A stretch of DNA of 64,000 bases from positions 58,970 through 122,969 of the IMG/VR virus record IMGVR_UViG_3300045538_000426; one strand, written 5' to 3'. The notes under the pieces were generated by a model, which saw only the letters and a list, made by a program, of their open reading frames with translations, was not told where the DNA came from and searched no databases. Within the stretch, counting starts at the first letter, position 1, and every line of letters starts with the position of its first letter. The stretch is from a virus. The translations under genes and the position numbers were made by a program. This document shows, piece after piece, positions 54,596-62,542 of the stretch.

Positions 54596-54814
54596 TCACT
54601 TCATTATCGAAATCATGTGAGTTCCGGTCAATGAAGGAGTGTAATAATTGTTTGTATTTCCACGTTTCTCATACAGTGGAATTGTCCGATTGCCGTCCTT
54701 GTCAGTATAACCTTTCCGTATAAGTTTATAATCTTCATTATTTACGCGGACGTTATATGGGTCAGAACAAGCCGTTAGTAAAGCCAAAGTCAAGATATAA
54801 AACATGTTTCTCAT
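54596..54814 (-). CDS. small lipoprotein
   Basis: MRNMFYILTLALLTA|C. Confidence 0.6.
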   Translation of the reverse strand: MRNMFYILTLALLTACSDPYNVRVNNEDYKLIRKGYTDKDGNRTIPLYEKRGNTNNYYTPSLTGTHMISIMK

Positions 54815-54859
54815 GACAATAACTATTGAAGTAATGATTGAATGTGATAAGATATAAAC

Positions 54860-55369
54860 ATGCAAACATTTCTACCTCATGCGGATTTTTACGAATCGGC
54901 CAAGTGCCTAGACGACAAGCGTTTAGGAAAGCAACGAGTTGAAGGGTATCAGATTCTAAAATCCCTATCAATCGGGCCGTATCAGAGATTTCACGATAAT
55001 AGTTGGACAAGTTGTGATGAAACGACTTACAAGTTGTTAAAATCAATGAAGATAAAGAAATTGGTCAGAAAGACACCGTGGTATAATCACCCGGCCACAA
55101 AAATGTGGCGCGGCAACGAACGTAAGTTACGAGAGTATACCGAGGTTGTATGCAACGTGTGGGTCAGTCGTGGGTTTAAAGATACTATTGTAGAAAAACT
55201 CAAAAGTATTTCATGTCAATTTTCAAAAAATCTCTCATATCCCAGCTGGCTTGGAGATGTATCATTTCACGCGTCACATCGATCTAATTTGTTAAGAAAG
55301 AATAAAGGGTGGTATTCTAAGTTTAATTGGTCGGAACGAGACGACCTACCATATGTTTGGCCACAATAA
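54860..55369 (+). CDS. pyrimidine-dimer glycosylase-related (DenV/MSMEG_6728-like) protein
   Basis: MQTFLP...LDDKRLGKQRVE...HPATKMW...HASHRSNLLRK. Confidence 0.8.
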   Translation: MQTFLPHADFYESAKCLDDKRLGKQRVEGYQILKSLSIGPYQRFHDNSWTSCDETTYKLLKSMKIKKLVRKTPWYNHPATKMWRGNERKLREYTEVVCNVWVSRGFKDTIVEKLKSISCQFSKNLSYPSWLGDVSFHASHRSNLLRKNKGWYSKFNWSERDDLPYVWPQ

Positions 55370-55415
55370 TGTAGTTTATCAACGGTGATTTCTAAAATCA
55401 AATATAGTTATTAAT

Positions 55416-55676
55416 ATGGTTGATAGAGATGGTATAAAACAACTCAGCGTCTATCTTGATCTGTGTGGTGAACGACAGGTTTTGCTCGAAACCGTCTGGT
55501 TGGCATTTCGTTATAAAGACACTCACAAGGGATGGGACGTAAATAAGTGCTTTGAAGAAGCTCTTTGGAATGTCATGCTTGCCGAAGCCAAACGTGAGGT
55601 TAAAGTTGACCTAAAAGCCACCGTGGATAAAATTAACAGTATTTCTTCAATGGGTGCTGTCAAGAAATCCGGTTGA
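55416..55676 (+). CDS. hypothetical protein
   Basis: 86-aa ORF. Confidence 0.6.
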   Translation: MVDRDGIKQLSVYLDLCGERQVLLETVWLAFRYKDTHKGWDVNKCFEEALWNVMLAEAKREVKVDLKATVDKINSISSMGAVKKSG

Positions 55677-55700
55677 CAGTTTTAGAATCCGGTGTATAGT
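55673..55700 (+). promoter_or_regulatory. sigma70-type promoter upstream of the large ncRNA
   Basis: TTGACA-N16-TATAGT. Confidence 0.75.
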
Positions 55701-55885
55701 TATTTCAAGGTTAGTTGAGTGTAAGCGAAAATCCTTAAATTAAAAACTCGACGGTGTGATAAATACCTAAAGTTATCCGTTTGCCAGTAACGACAATGCA
55801 GCAAGATTTGTGTGGTATTGACTTGACCACACCTTTTTATCGAATTTATGTCAAAATTCGACGCTTTGTAGATTGTTCTTTGTAG

Positions 55886-56692
55886 TAAGTAAAATTTGGG
55901 GGCCTGACCCCGTGAGATAACCCGTCGTAAGGCGGTAAAAGCAGAAACTCCCTAACGAGACTGCGCCGTAGCAATACGGACACTCAGGCAACTGACAAGA
56001 TCAGTGTCTTTCACTCAAAAGGTGGAAGTATGTCTGAAGCTGGATTGGGAAATGGTGACTGAGGGTAACACTGTAAGTCATCTACTAACGGCACCGCCGA
56101 GCTCTACCAGTTCCTTAACGGGAACAGCCAAGAATAAGATCTAAGTCAAACAAATAGATACAAGCCCGCAAGCAAGTGTTTATCTGTAGAAAGATAGAAA
56201 GTGGCCAGGGTAACCAGGACATAATCTTGAAATTCGGTGAAGTATCCGCAAGAGAAACACAAATGGTGTGTGGTATATTGGTTCCCAAAAGGAATTGATG
56301 TCACAAGTAACGCACGTCATTGTTAGGTGCATATTATATCCTTGGTAGATATTACATATTATACAAAAAGCAAAGTCGTTACTTGTGTTCGTCGAAAAGA
56401 ACGTAACTCTGAGGCCGTAAGGTAACTCAGACAACGAAGCGCTCGCAAGGTGTTAGTTGTTGATCCGAGTTTGGACGTGGTCCGCAAGACCTAATTGCTC
56501 GCAAGGCAACCGTTTGAATAGAGGTTGATTAGATGAACATTAAAGATGAAAAGCCTCATCTCTAAAAAGGCCGTTCTGTCAAATACAGACATAAACCGTA
56601 AGGTTGTGGATGTGGATATATCGGGAAAGCAGCCCGCAAGGTTGTAATAATCCGATTAAAGGTTGACACGAAACACTGTAGTCTCAGGTTTC
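55886..56692 (+). ncRNA. GOLLD-like giant structured RNA (boundaries approximate)
   Basis: About 0.8 kb without a credible ORF, more than 10 short GNRA-capped hairpins, set among tRNAs; segments gtgtggtatattggttcccaaaagg and ctgtagtctcagg resemble GOLLD as I recall it. Confidence 0.7.
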
Positions 56693-56756
56693 ATTTTAAA
56701 AATTAGTCTCTTTTAGGGTTTAAAACACTATTTATAGTTAAAGGAACATTAAACCA

Positions 56757-57164
56757 ATGCCAAACGTATATAGTATTAAAACATGTATAAATTGTGGAAT
56801 CTCTAAGAGAAGTAATGGAAAAAAGTTTTGTGGACCGAAGTGTCAACATGATTTCAATTACAAAGAAAAGATAAAATTGTGGTTAGACGGAAAGCACGAT
56901 GGGATGCGGGGAAAAACATCCACGGCACATTGGATTAAAAGATATATCACCGAAGTACGTGGACATCAATGTGAATGTTGTAAAATTAAAGAGTGGATGG
57001 ATAGGTCGATATCTTTAGATTTAGAACATAAAGACGGAAATTTTAAAAACAATAAAATTGACAATCTTGGTCTAATTTGTCCGAACTGTCACAGTCAGAC
57101 GGATACATATAAAGGTAGAAACAAAAAAGGAAGGCCTCGTTCTAAGTATTATAGAGGATTGTAA
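56757..57164 (+). CDS. HNH endonuclease
   Basis: CINC...FCGPKC; LEHKDGNFKNNKIDNLGLICPNCH. Confidence 0.9.
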   Translation: MPNVYSIKTCINCGISKRSNGKKFCGPKCQHDFNYKEKIKLWLDGKHDGMRGKTSTAHWIKRYITEVRGHQCECCKIKEWMDRSISLDLEHKDGNFKNNKIDNLGLICPNCHSQTDTYKGRNKKGRPRSKYYRGL

Positions 57165-57165
57165 T

Positions 57166-57252
57166 GGATAGGTGGCTGAGTGGATTAAAGCGGTGCTCTT
57201 GAAAAGCACAGGGGCCTAAAAACCCCCGGGGGTTCGAATCCCTCTCTATCCT
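57166..57252 (+). tRNA. tRNA-Ser(TGA)
   Basis: gtgct-CTTGAAA-agcac, long variable arm, U73. Confidence 0.9.
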
Positions 57253-57279
57253 CCGTAGTTAGGTAAGTGGTGTAAATAT

Positions 57280-57368
57280 GGAACGGTGGCCGAGTCTGGC
57301 TTATGGCGGAAGTTTGCTAAACTTCTGAGGCCTAAAAACCTCCACAGGTTCGAATCCTGTTCGTTCCG
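57280..57368 (+). tRNA. tRNA-Ser(GCT)
   Basis: gaagt-TTGCTAA-acttc, long variable arm, G73. Confidence 0.92.
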
Positions 57369-57371
57369 CAG

Positions 57372-57411
57372 CAATTCCTCCGATGACGTAATTGTTATCG
57401 GAGGAATTTTC
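57372..57411 (+). terminator. intrinsic terminator closing the tRNA island
   Basis: aattcctccgat...atcggaggaatt followed by ttc. Confidence 0.75.
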
Positions 57412-57457
57412 ATGTCCAAATCTATCGTAATCACGATTGTTTTGATATTTATTCAAC

Positions 57458-57835
57458 ATGGAAACCGATTTGAAAGACATTGTGAAGGAATTTGGAGCTT
57501 TTATAGTAAAGAAGCTGGCCATCAAAAAACCATTCAAAATCCAGCTCACAGTCAATCGGGACGACTTGAAGACGTATGCTCATTATAGCCCCACTGAGGG
57601 AATTGTTAAAGTATATGTCAAAGGTAGGTCAACCGCTGATGTACTTCGTTCAATTGCTCATGAAATGGTCCATCATCAACAAAATCAGAATGGGAAATTA
57701 AAACAAGACCCTAAAAACCCGATTCCAGATGTCGGCGGTGAGATTGAGGATGAAGCAAATGCCGTAGCTGGTCAGTTGGTTAAAGAATTCGGTTACAAGT
57801 TCAAAGACAGTGCCGGAAAGAGCATCTACGAATAA
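57458..57835 (+). CDS. zincin-like metallopeptidase-domain protein
   Basis: IAHEMVHHQQ (HExxH), downstream EDEANA. Confidence 0.7.
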   Translation: METDLKDIVKEFGAFIVKKLAIKKPFKIQLTVNRDDLKTYAHYSPTEGIVKVYVKGRSTADVLRSIAHEMVHHQQNQNGKLKQDPKNPIPDVGGEIEDEANAVAGQLVKEFGYKFKDSAGKSIYE

Positions 57836-57846
57836 ATTCGGACGTT

Positions 57847-58656
57847 ATGTATTTTTCTGAAAACCACGATAAGTTAGCCGACCTCATTAGCGATCCGTCA
57901 AACAACGACAGATTTCTATCGGAAATTTTAAGAGATTTCGAAGCATCGGGGGGAACAGTTTTAGGCCGTGGGAGATACGCGGTAGCATTGACCCGATCCA
58001 ATTGGAATCACGTTGTAAAATTATTTTTTTCCGACGATTCGTATTTGAAGTTTGTTAGATTTGTGTTGAAGAACCCAAGGCCGTCGTTTCCAAAATTCTT
58101 AGATAAACCAAGAAAGATCGTCCCTAATTTCACACGGTCCCCCGGTGAACGATATTTGTATGTGGTCAGAGTTGAGAAATTAATCCCAATCACAAAACAA
58201 GAGTTCGAAGATATACAATATTATATCTATTACGGACACACGGACTTAAATCCGAACACGGATTCCTCAGTAAATTCATATAAAAACTCATATACGTGGG
58301 CGGAAATAAGGAAGAACATCCGACGAATAGAGAGTGAATATAAAGGCATGAAATCCTTCCTATCTGACTATGACTCGTTGATGGTTGCTGATATTAATGC
58401 GTCGTTGGATATAACCCAAACAAACATTCTAAAAAGATCGAGTGGAGAATTCGTATTGAATGACCCGTTCTGGGCTGGGGAGACGCCGTATCAAACTCAC
58501 GATAGACTGGTGCAGGCTGAGATTGGTTATGATGAATACGAGGAAAAACCTAGGAAATTCATAAAAGGTGGAGAGATTAACTTACCCAAAGTTAAAGAAC
58601 GCCCAGAACCGGTCGTCAAGGCACCAGTCGATAAGGGAGAAGACGTTCCGTTTTAA
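57847..58656 (+). CDS. protein-kinase-like fold protein
   Basis: LGRGRYAVA Gly loop, VVKLF, RVEKL, LDITQTNIL, VLNDP. Confidence 0.6.
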   Translation: MYFSENHDKLADLISDPSNNDRFLSEILRDFEASGGTVLGRGRYAVALTRSNWNHVVKLFFSDDSYLKFVRFVLKNPRPSFPKFLDKPRKIVPNFTRSPGERYLYVVRVEKLIPITKQEFEDIQYYIYYGHTDLNPNTDSSVNSYKNSYTWAEIRKNIRRIESEYKGMKSFLSDYDSLMVADINASLDITQTNILKRSSGEFVLNDPFWAGETPYQTHDRLVQAEIGYDEYEEKPRKFIKGGEINLPKVKERPEPVVKAPVDKGEDVPF

Positions 58657-60065
58657 AAGAAATCGACGTAGTTTTGGTGTGATTCCAATGTCAAATCACC
58701 CTCGTTAATTTTGTTACCTTCGGAATCTTTAGCTTTGACTCTCGTTAAAATAGTCTGTTTCTTTGAACCGTATTTTTGATCCCCAATTTTATGATCTTTT
58801 ACGGTTCCAACGACAGAATACTTTTTATTCTCCTCGATTCCTATATTGTTGCTACTGAACCACACCAGTAGATTTCCCAAATCATCTTTGAAATTGTATA
58901 TGGTCATGTAACCATAGGCAGATTCATAACCACGAATTGAGGTGACGGTAACATCGATAGATAATTTCTGTCCAATAACACCGACAAACTCACTCGGTCT
59001 TTGTGCCTCCGATTCAGCTTTCTTCTTTATCATTTCCTTGTCAATCAAATAGGATACCAATAATCCTCCCATGTATCCTAGATTCTTTATACCCACCGTC
59101 GATGACTTGGAAAGCACGGCTAGGTTATTGAAGTAATTAGCCATATCCGGCTTCTTCTCCGCATCCAATTTAAAATCATGAGTTTTAATCCATTCCAAAA
59201 TCCCATCAGACATTTCTTTAGCTTCCGGTTTCATTTCCTCGGCTCGAATTATGAAATCGGGAGTTTTATGTGAGTTTGGATTTCTACGATAGAACATGAT
59301 ATTGCTAGCGACGTCCGAAGTGCTATCCAAATACTCTCCGGTTGTATCGGCCACTTCTCTAGCCTTCTTTTTTGAAATATACTTCTTGCCCATCACCAAA
59401 TAAGCCAGCGACAGATAGAATATAATCTCTCCGATAGCATAATAATTACCACTGGAGCCCCCACGACCCATTCCGCCGGATTCAATCTCCTCCTCACTAA
59501 GTCCTCGTAGTTCTTCCAATATTTCCGCAAATCTAATTACTTTGCTTACACTGTCGATGGGAAGAAATCTCTTCAGACAGCCGCTTCCTACCGTCAATAG
59601 TTTGTTTTCCTTTACATCTTTAATGATGAAAGTGTTATGTCTTTCCCGTTTTGTTTTACAGACGTCACAGACGGAATCTGCATCACGGTATTCATCGGGC
59701 AAAGAAGAAATGCTGGCGTCCGGAGATATGTTTATCAAATTCCCAGAGTCGGTGTGTTCTATTTTAGCGATAAACTCAAATCCCTCGACTTGCGGTGACT
59801 TTCCTATAATTCTTACGGTGTATTGTTTTTTGAATTCGGATATATCCAAATCATCAGCGTTAGTTTTTACATTCTCTTCTTTTAGAACTTCCAATTTAAC
59901 GGCTTCCAATCCCCATTTAACTGCCTTCTTATTTATCTCATTTATTTTTGCTTTTAAGAAATTAAGTCCATTCTCACCGACTAAAATGTCGTCACGAGAA
60001 ACGTCCTCCACTCTGTTAATAGTGGATTCTGATATACGGACGATTAAATCTTTTAAGTTGATCAT
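58653..60065 (-). CDS. hypothetical protein with zinc ribbon and C-terminal OB-like domain
   Basis: CDVC, VGSGCL; FVGVIGQK...FKDDLGNLLVWFSS; start MINLK set by TATTTATT at 60069-76. Confidence 0.75.
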   Translation of the reverse strand: MINLKDLIVRISESTINRVEDVSRDDILVGENGLNFLKAKINEINKKAVKWGLEAVKLEVLKEENVKTNADDLDISEFKKQYTVRIIGKSPQVEGFEFIAKIEHTDSGNLINISPDASISSLPDEYRDADSVCDVCKTKRERHNTFIIKDVKENKLLTVGSGCLKRFLPIDSVSKVIRFAEILEELRGLSEEEIESGGMGRGGSSGNYYAIGEIIFYLSLAYLVMGKKYISKKKAREVADTTGEYLDSTSDVASNIMFYRRNPNSHKTPDFIIRAEEMKPEAKEMSDGILEWIKTHDFKLDAEKKPDMANYFNNLAVLSKSSTVGIKNLGYMGGLLVSYLIDKEMIKKKAESEAQRPSEFVGVIGQKLSIDVTVTSIRGYESAYGYMTIYNFKDDLGNLLVWFSSNNIGIEENKKYSVVGTVKDHKIGDQKYGSKKQTILTRVKAKDSEGNKINEGDLTLESHQNYVDFF

Positions 60066-60103
60066 TTCAATAAATATAATCCCCACCGAGTAAACTGGAT
60101 AAA

Positions 60104-60316
60104 TTATGATATCGTCACAATGGCGATTTTCTTCAAATGAGCCCATGCTTTTGATTTCAACTGACGGTTGGTCAGGTTACCGTATGGATCACTCACTCGG
60201 ACATAATGTCCCCGGCCGTTTATATCAAAACACACCTCTTTGGTTTTATAGTTAATAAGAGGCAATGTATAGGTGTCGTGATTGTAAATTGCGGCTGAAT
60301 TATGCATGGGATTCAT
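60104..60316 (-). CDS. hypothetical protein
   Basis: 70-aa ATG ORF. Confidence 0.45.
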   Translation of the reverse strand: MNPMHNSAAIYNHDTYTLPLINYKTKEVCFDINGRGHYVRVSDPYGNLTNRQLKSKAWAHLKKIAIVTIS

Positions 60317-60395
60317 AAATTCATTCTATGACACTATACATCCATGTCAATCGATTTGTGATTGACTTTTTTTCATTTCAGTGGATGATTGTGAT

Positions 60396-60500
60396 ATGAA
60401 AAAAATCTACATCCTCGGTGGTGGAACGGTTTCCCATGTTTCTAGCCATCTCTCGGTGTCATCAGCCGCATACGGAAAAACCGGTGGATATAATTTGTAA
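60396..60500 (+). pseudogene. 34-aa stub resembling the N-terminus of CoaB/PPC-synthetase-like proteins
   Basis: KIYILGGGTVSHVSSHLSVSSAAYGKTG then stop. Confidence 0.45.
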
Positions 60501-60504
60501 GTGA

Positions 60505-60533
60505 TTGACTAATCAACCATCTTACCCCATAAT
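60505..60533 (+). promoter_or_regulatory. sigma70-type promoter
   Basis: TTGACT-N17-CATAAT. Confidence 0.65.
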
Positions 60534-60575
60534 GTTCTTATGCAAATACACCCAGATAAAATTACCAATTGGAAA

Positions 60576-61067
60576 ATGGCGACGAAAACAAAACCGGTTA
60601 AAGCAAAACCTCTAGTCAACCTTCTCATTGACAAGACAGTTGTAAACAAATTCCTCGTGAACACGCTGGAAGGAAATGAACCTCTTGGTGACGGTGTCGT
60701 AATTTGTGTGGGAGAAGCCGGTGACGTCTGGCAACAGACACCCAAGAAACTTTTACAAAAATACAATGTAACATCAATTGACAACGACGGATGGATGGTC
60801 TGCGAACCTAAACCCGAAAATGTAGTTAATTGTATCGAAGTTGTAAACTTCGTAGGACTTCCATTTGCGTCTAAACCCCCGGATGACGCGATGTATAAAG
60901 CACATGATTTCTATATACTTGGATTGTGGGGAGCCACCGTTGCCGGATTTGGAAAAGGTGTCCAGTGGGGAGATTCCGGTGATTATGTCTGTCAAAACCA
61001 AACGGATCATAATGACGTGTGGATTGTGGAACGAAAAATCTTCGAGAACACCTACGCGATATTTTGA
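60576..61067 (+). CDS. hypothetical protein (PGDYG-like motifs)
   Basis: GEAGDVWQQ...KKLLQKY; GDSGDYV...DVWIVERKIFENTY. Confidence 0.6.
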   Translation: MATKTKPVKAKPLVNLLIDKTVVNKFLVNTLEGNEPLGDGVVICVGEAGDVWQQTPKKLLQKYNVTSIDNDGWMVCEPKPENVVNCIEVVNFVGLPFASKPPDDAMYKAHDFYILGLWGATVAGFGKGVQWGDSGDYVCQNQTDHNDVWIVERKIFENTYAIF

Positions 61068-61247
61068 ATGGAAAAGGAACATCAAATAGAGGAAGCTAAA
61101 CGAAGAGATGCAGTCGAACTAGCTGACGAAATCTTCGGGTTCGGAGTCAGACGTAAGTGTGGACACCATGAACATCACAGTGGGTTAACATCGTCTGAGA
61201 GAGATGAATTGAAATTGACAGAATGTTTCGACTGTAAACCGGATTAA
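61068..61247 (+). CDS. small hypothetical protein (59 aa)
   Basis: Hand-translated MEKEHQIEE...CFDCKPD*. Confidence 0.5.
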   Translation: MEKEHQIEEAKRRDAVELADEIFGFGVRRKCGHHEHHSGLTSSERDELKLTECFDCKPD

Positions 61248-61251
61248 ATTT

Positions 61252-61377
61252 ATGAATATTGTACATTCTGACCAACCAATTGAAGGAATTGCATTGACTA
61301 CCCCATCGGTATTCTTGGCAGGCCCCACCCCCAGAGACAAAGACACCAAGTCTTGGCGACCCGATGCTATCAAATAA
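61252..61377 (+). pseudogene. 41-aa stub of a nucleoside 2-deoxyribosyltransferase-like domain
   Basis: SVFLAGPTPR...SWRPDAI then stop. Confidence 0.65.
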
Positions 61378-61386
61378 AATTCTTCA

Positions 61387-61415
61387 TTGACACTTTTAAG
61401 AAAGTCGTCTATAGT
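61387..61415 (+). promoter_or_regulatory. sigma70-type promoter for NAD genes
   Basis: TTGACA-N17-TATAGT. Confidence 0.8.
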
Positions 61416-61487
61416 TATTCACAGATGGTTGATGTCTGATTTTGATAAGAACTCAATCGTCGGAAAACATAACAGATAAATAAGATT

Positions 61488-62456
61488 ATGAAAGAGAAAC
61501 AAGCAGCAGCTACAGCCGCGGGCGTCATCGTGGCAAGATTCCAACTCCACGAGCTTCACGATGCCCATCGTGATTTAATCCAAAGCGTCATTGAAAGACA
61601 CGAACGGGTTATTATCTTTTTGGGACTTTCGCCTCTAAAGAACACCCTCAACAACCCACTCGAATTCAGACAACGCAAGGCGATGATTGAAGAGGCGTTC
61701 AAGGATTGTGATAAGGCCCTTGAAATTCATTATGTCGATGATAACCGAGACGACCACGTTTGGTCGAAGAACCTCGATAAACAACTGGCTAAGTGGTTGA
61801 ACCCAGGACAGAACGCAACTCTTTATGGCAGTCGGGACAGTTTTCTAAAACGTTACCACGGAAAGTATCCGGTGTGTGAACTTGAGTCGGAAGTCTTCGT
61901 GTCGGCAAGTGAGATTCGTAAAAAAATCATAAACAACTATCCGCCAACCAAAGACTTTCGTGCCGGATTGATTGCCGGAACCGGTCTTAAATATCCAACC
62001 GCATATCAAACGGTGGACGTGGCCATTGTAAATGAAAAACGAGAGTTTTTGATGGTCAAGAAGCCGGGTGAAAAGAATTGGAGATTCGTCGGCGGGTTCA
62101 GCGATCCTCGTAGCAACAGTCTTGAGGAAGATGTTAAACGTGAGGTCCAAGAGGAAACCGGAGTTTCGATAGGTGAACCGGTTTATCTCGGAAGCACGTT
62201 GATTGACGACTGGCGATATCGTGGAGAAGTTGATAAAATCAAAACGGCGTTTTTTGTCACTAAATACGTTTTTGGTGCCCCCGTTGGCGCAGATGACGTT
62301 GAAATCGCTGGATGGGTAAATCTCAATGAATTGGTTGAGGGTAATATCATGCCAGAACACAAACCTTTGCTTGAAATTTTAGTCAAAAAGTTCATTCAAA
62401 ATGATGTCATGTGGAAACAATTTACATCGGTAGATGTTGATGGTCAGATGACTTGA
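61488..62456 (+). CDS. nadM: bifunctional NMN adenylyltransferase / Nudix hydrolase
   Basis: ARFQLHELHDAH (HxGH variant), SASEIR, Nudix box GGF...EEDVKREVQEETG. Confidence 0.9.
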   Translation: MKEKQAAATAAGVIVARFQLHELHDAHRDLIQSVIERHERVIIFLGLSPLKNTLNNPLEFRQRKAMIEEAFKDCDKALEIHYVDDNRDDHVWSKNLDKQLAKWLNPGQNATLYGSRDSFLKRYHGKYPVCELESEVFVSASEIRKKIINNYPPTKDFRAGLIAGTGLKYPTAYQTVDVAIVNEKREFLMVKKPGEKNWRFVGGFSDPRSNSLEEDVKREVQEETGVSIGEPVYLGSTLIDDWRYRGEVDKIKTAFFVTKYVFGAPVGADDVEIAGWVNLNELVEGNIMPEHKPLLEILVKKFIQNDVMWKQFTSVDVDGQMT

Positions 62457-62542
62457 CATTCGGAGAAAACCAGATACAGTATTGATACGACCTGATTTAG
62501 ATGGGTCGTCAAAAAACAAAATAGAAAGATACAGATAACTCT

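Noticed and set aside
55785-55823. tmRNA-tag-like reading gcc agt aac gac aat gca gca (ASNDNAA)
   Set aside because: The frame continues RFVWY before the stop, and there is no flanking Ala-type acceptor or T arm.
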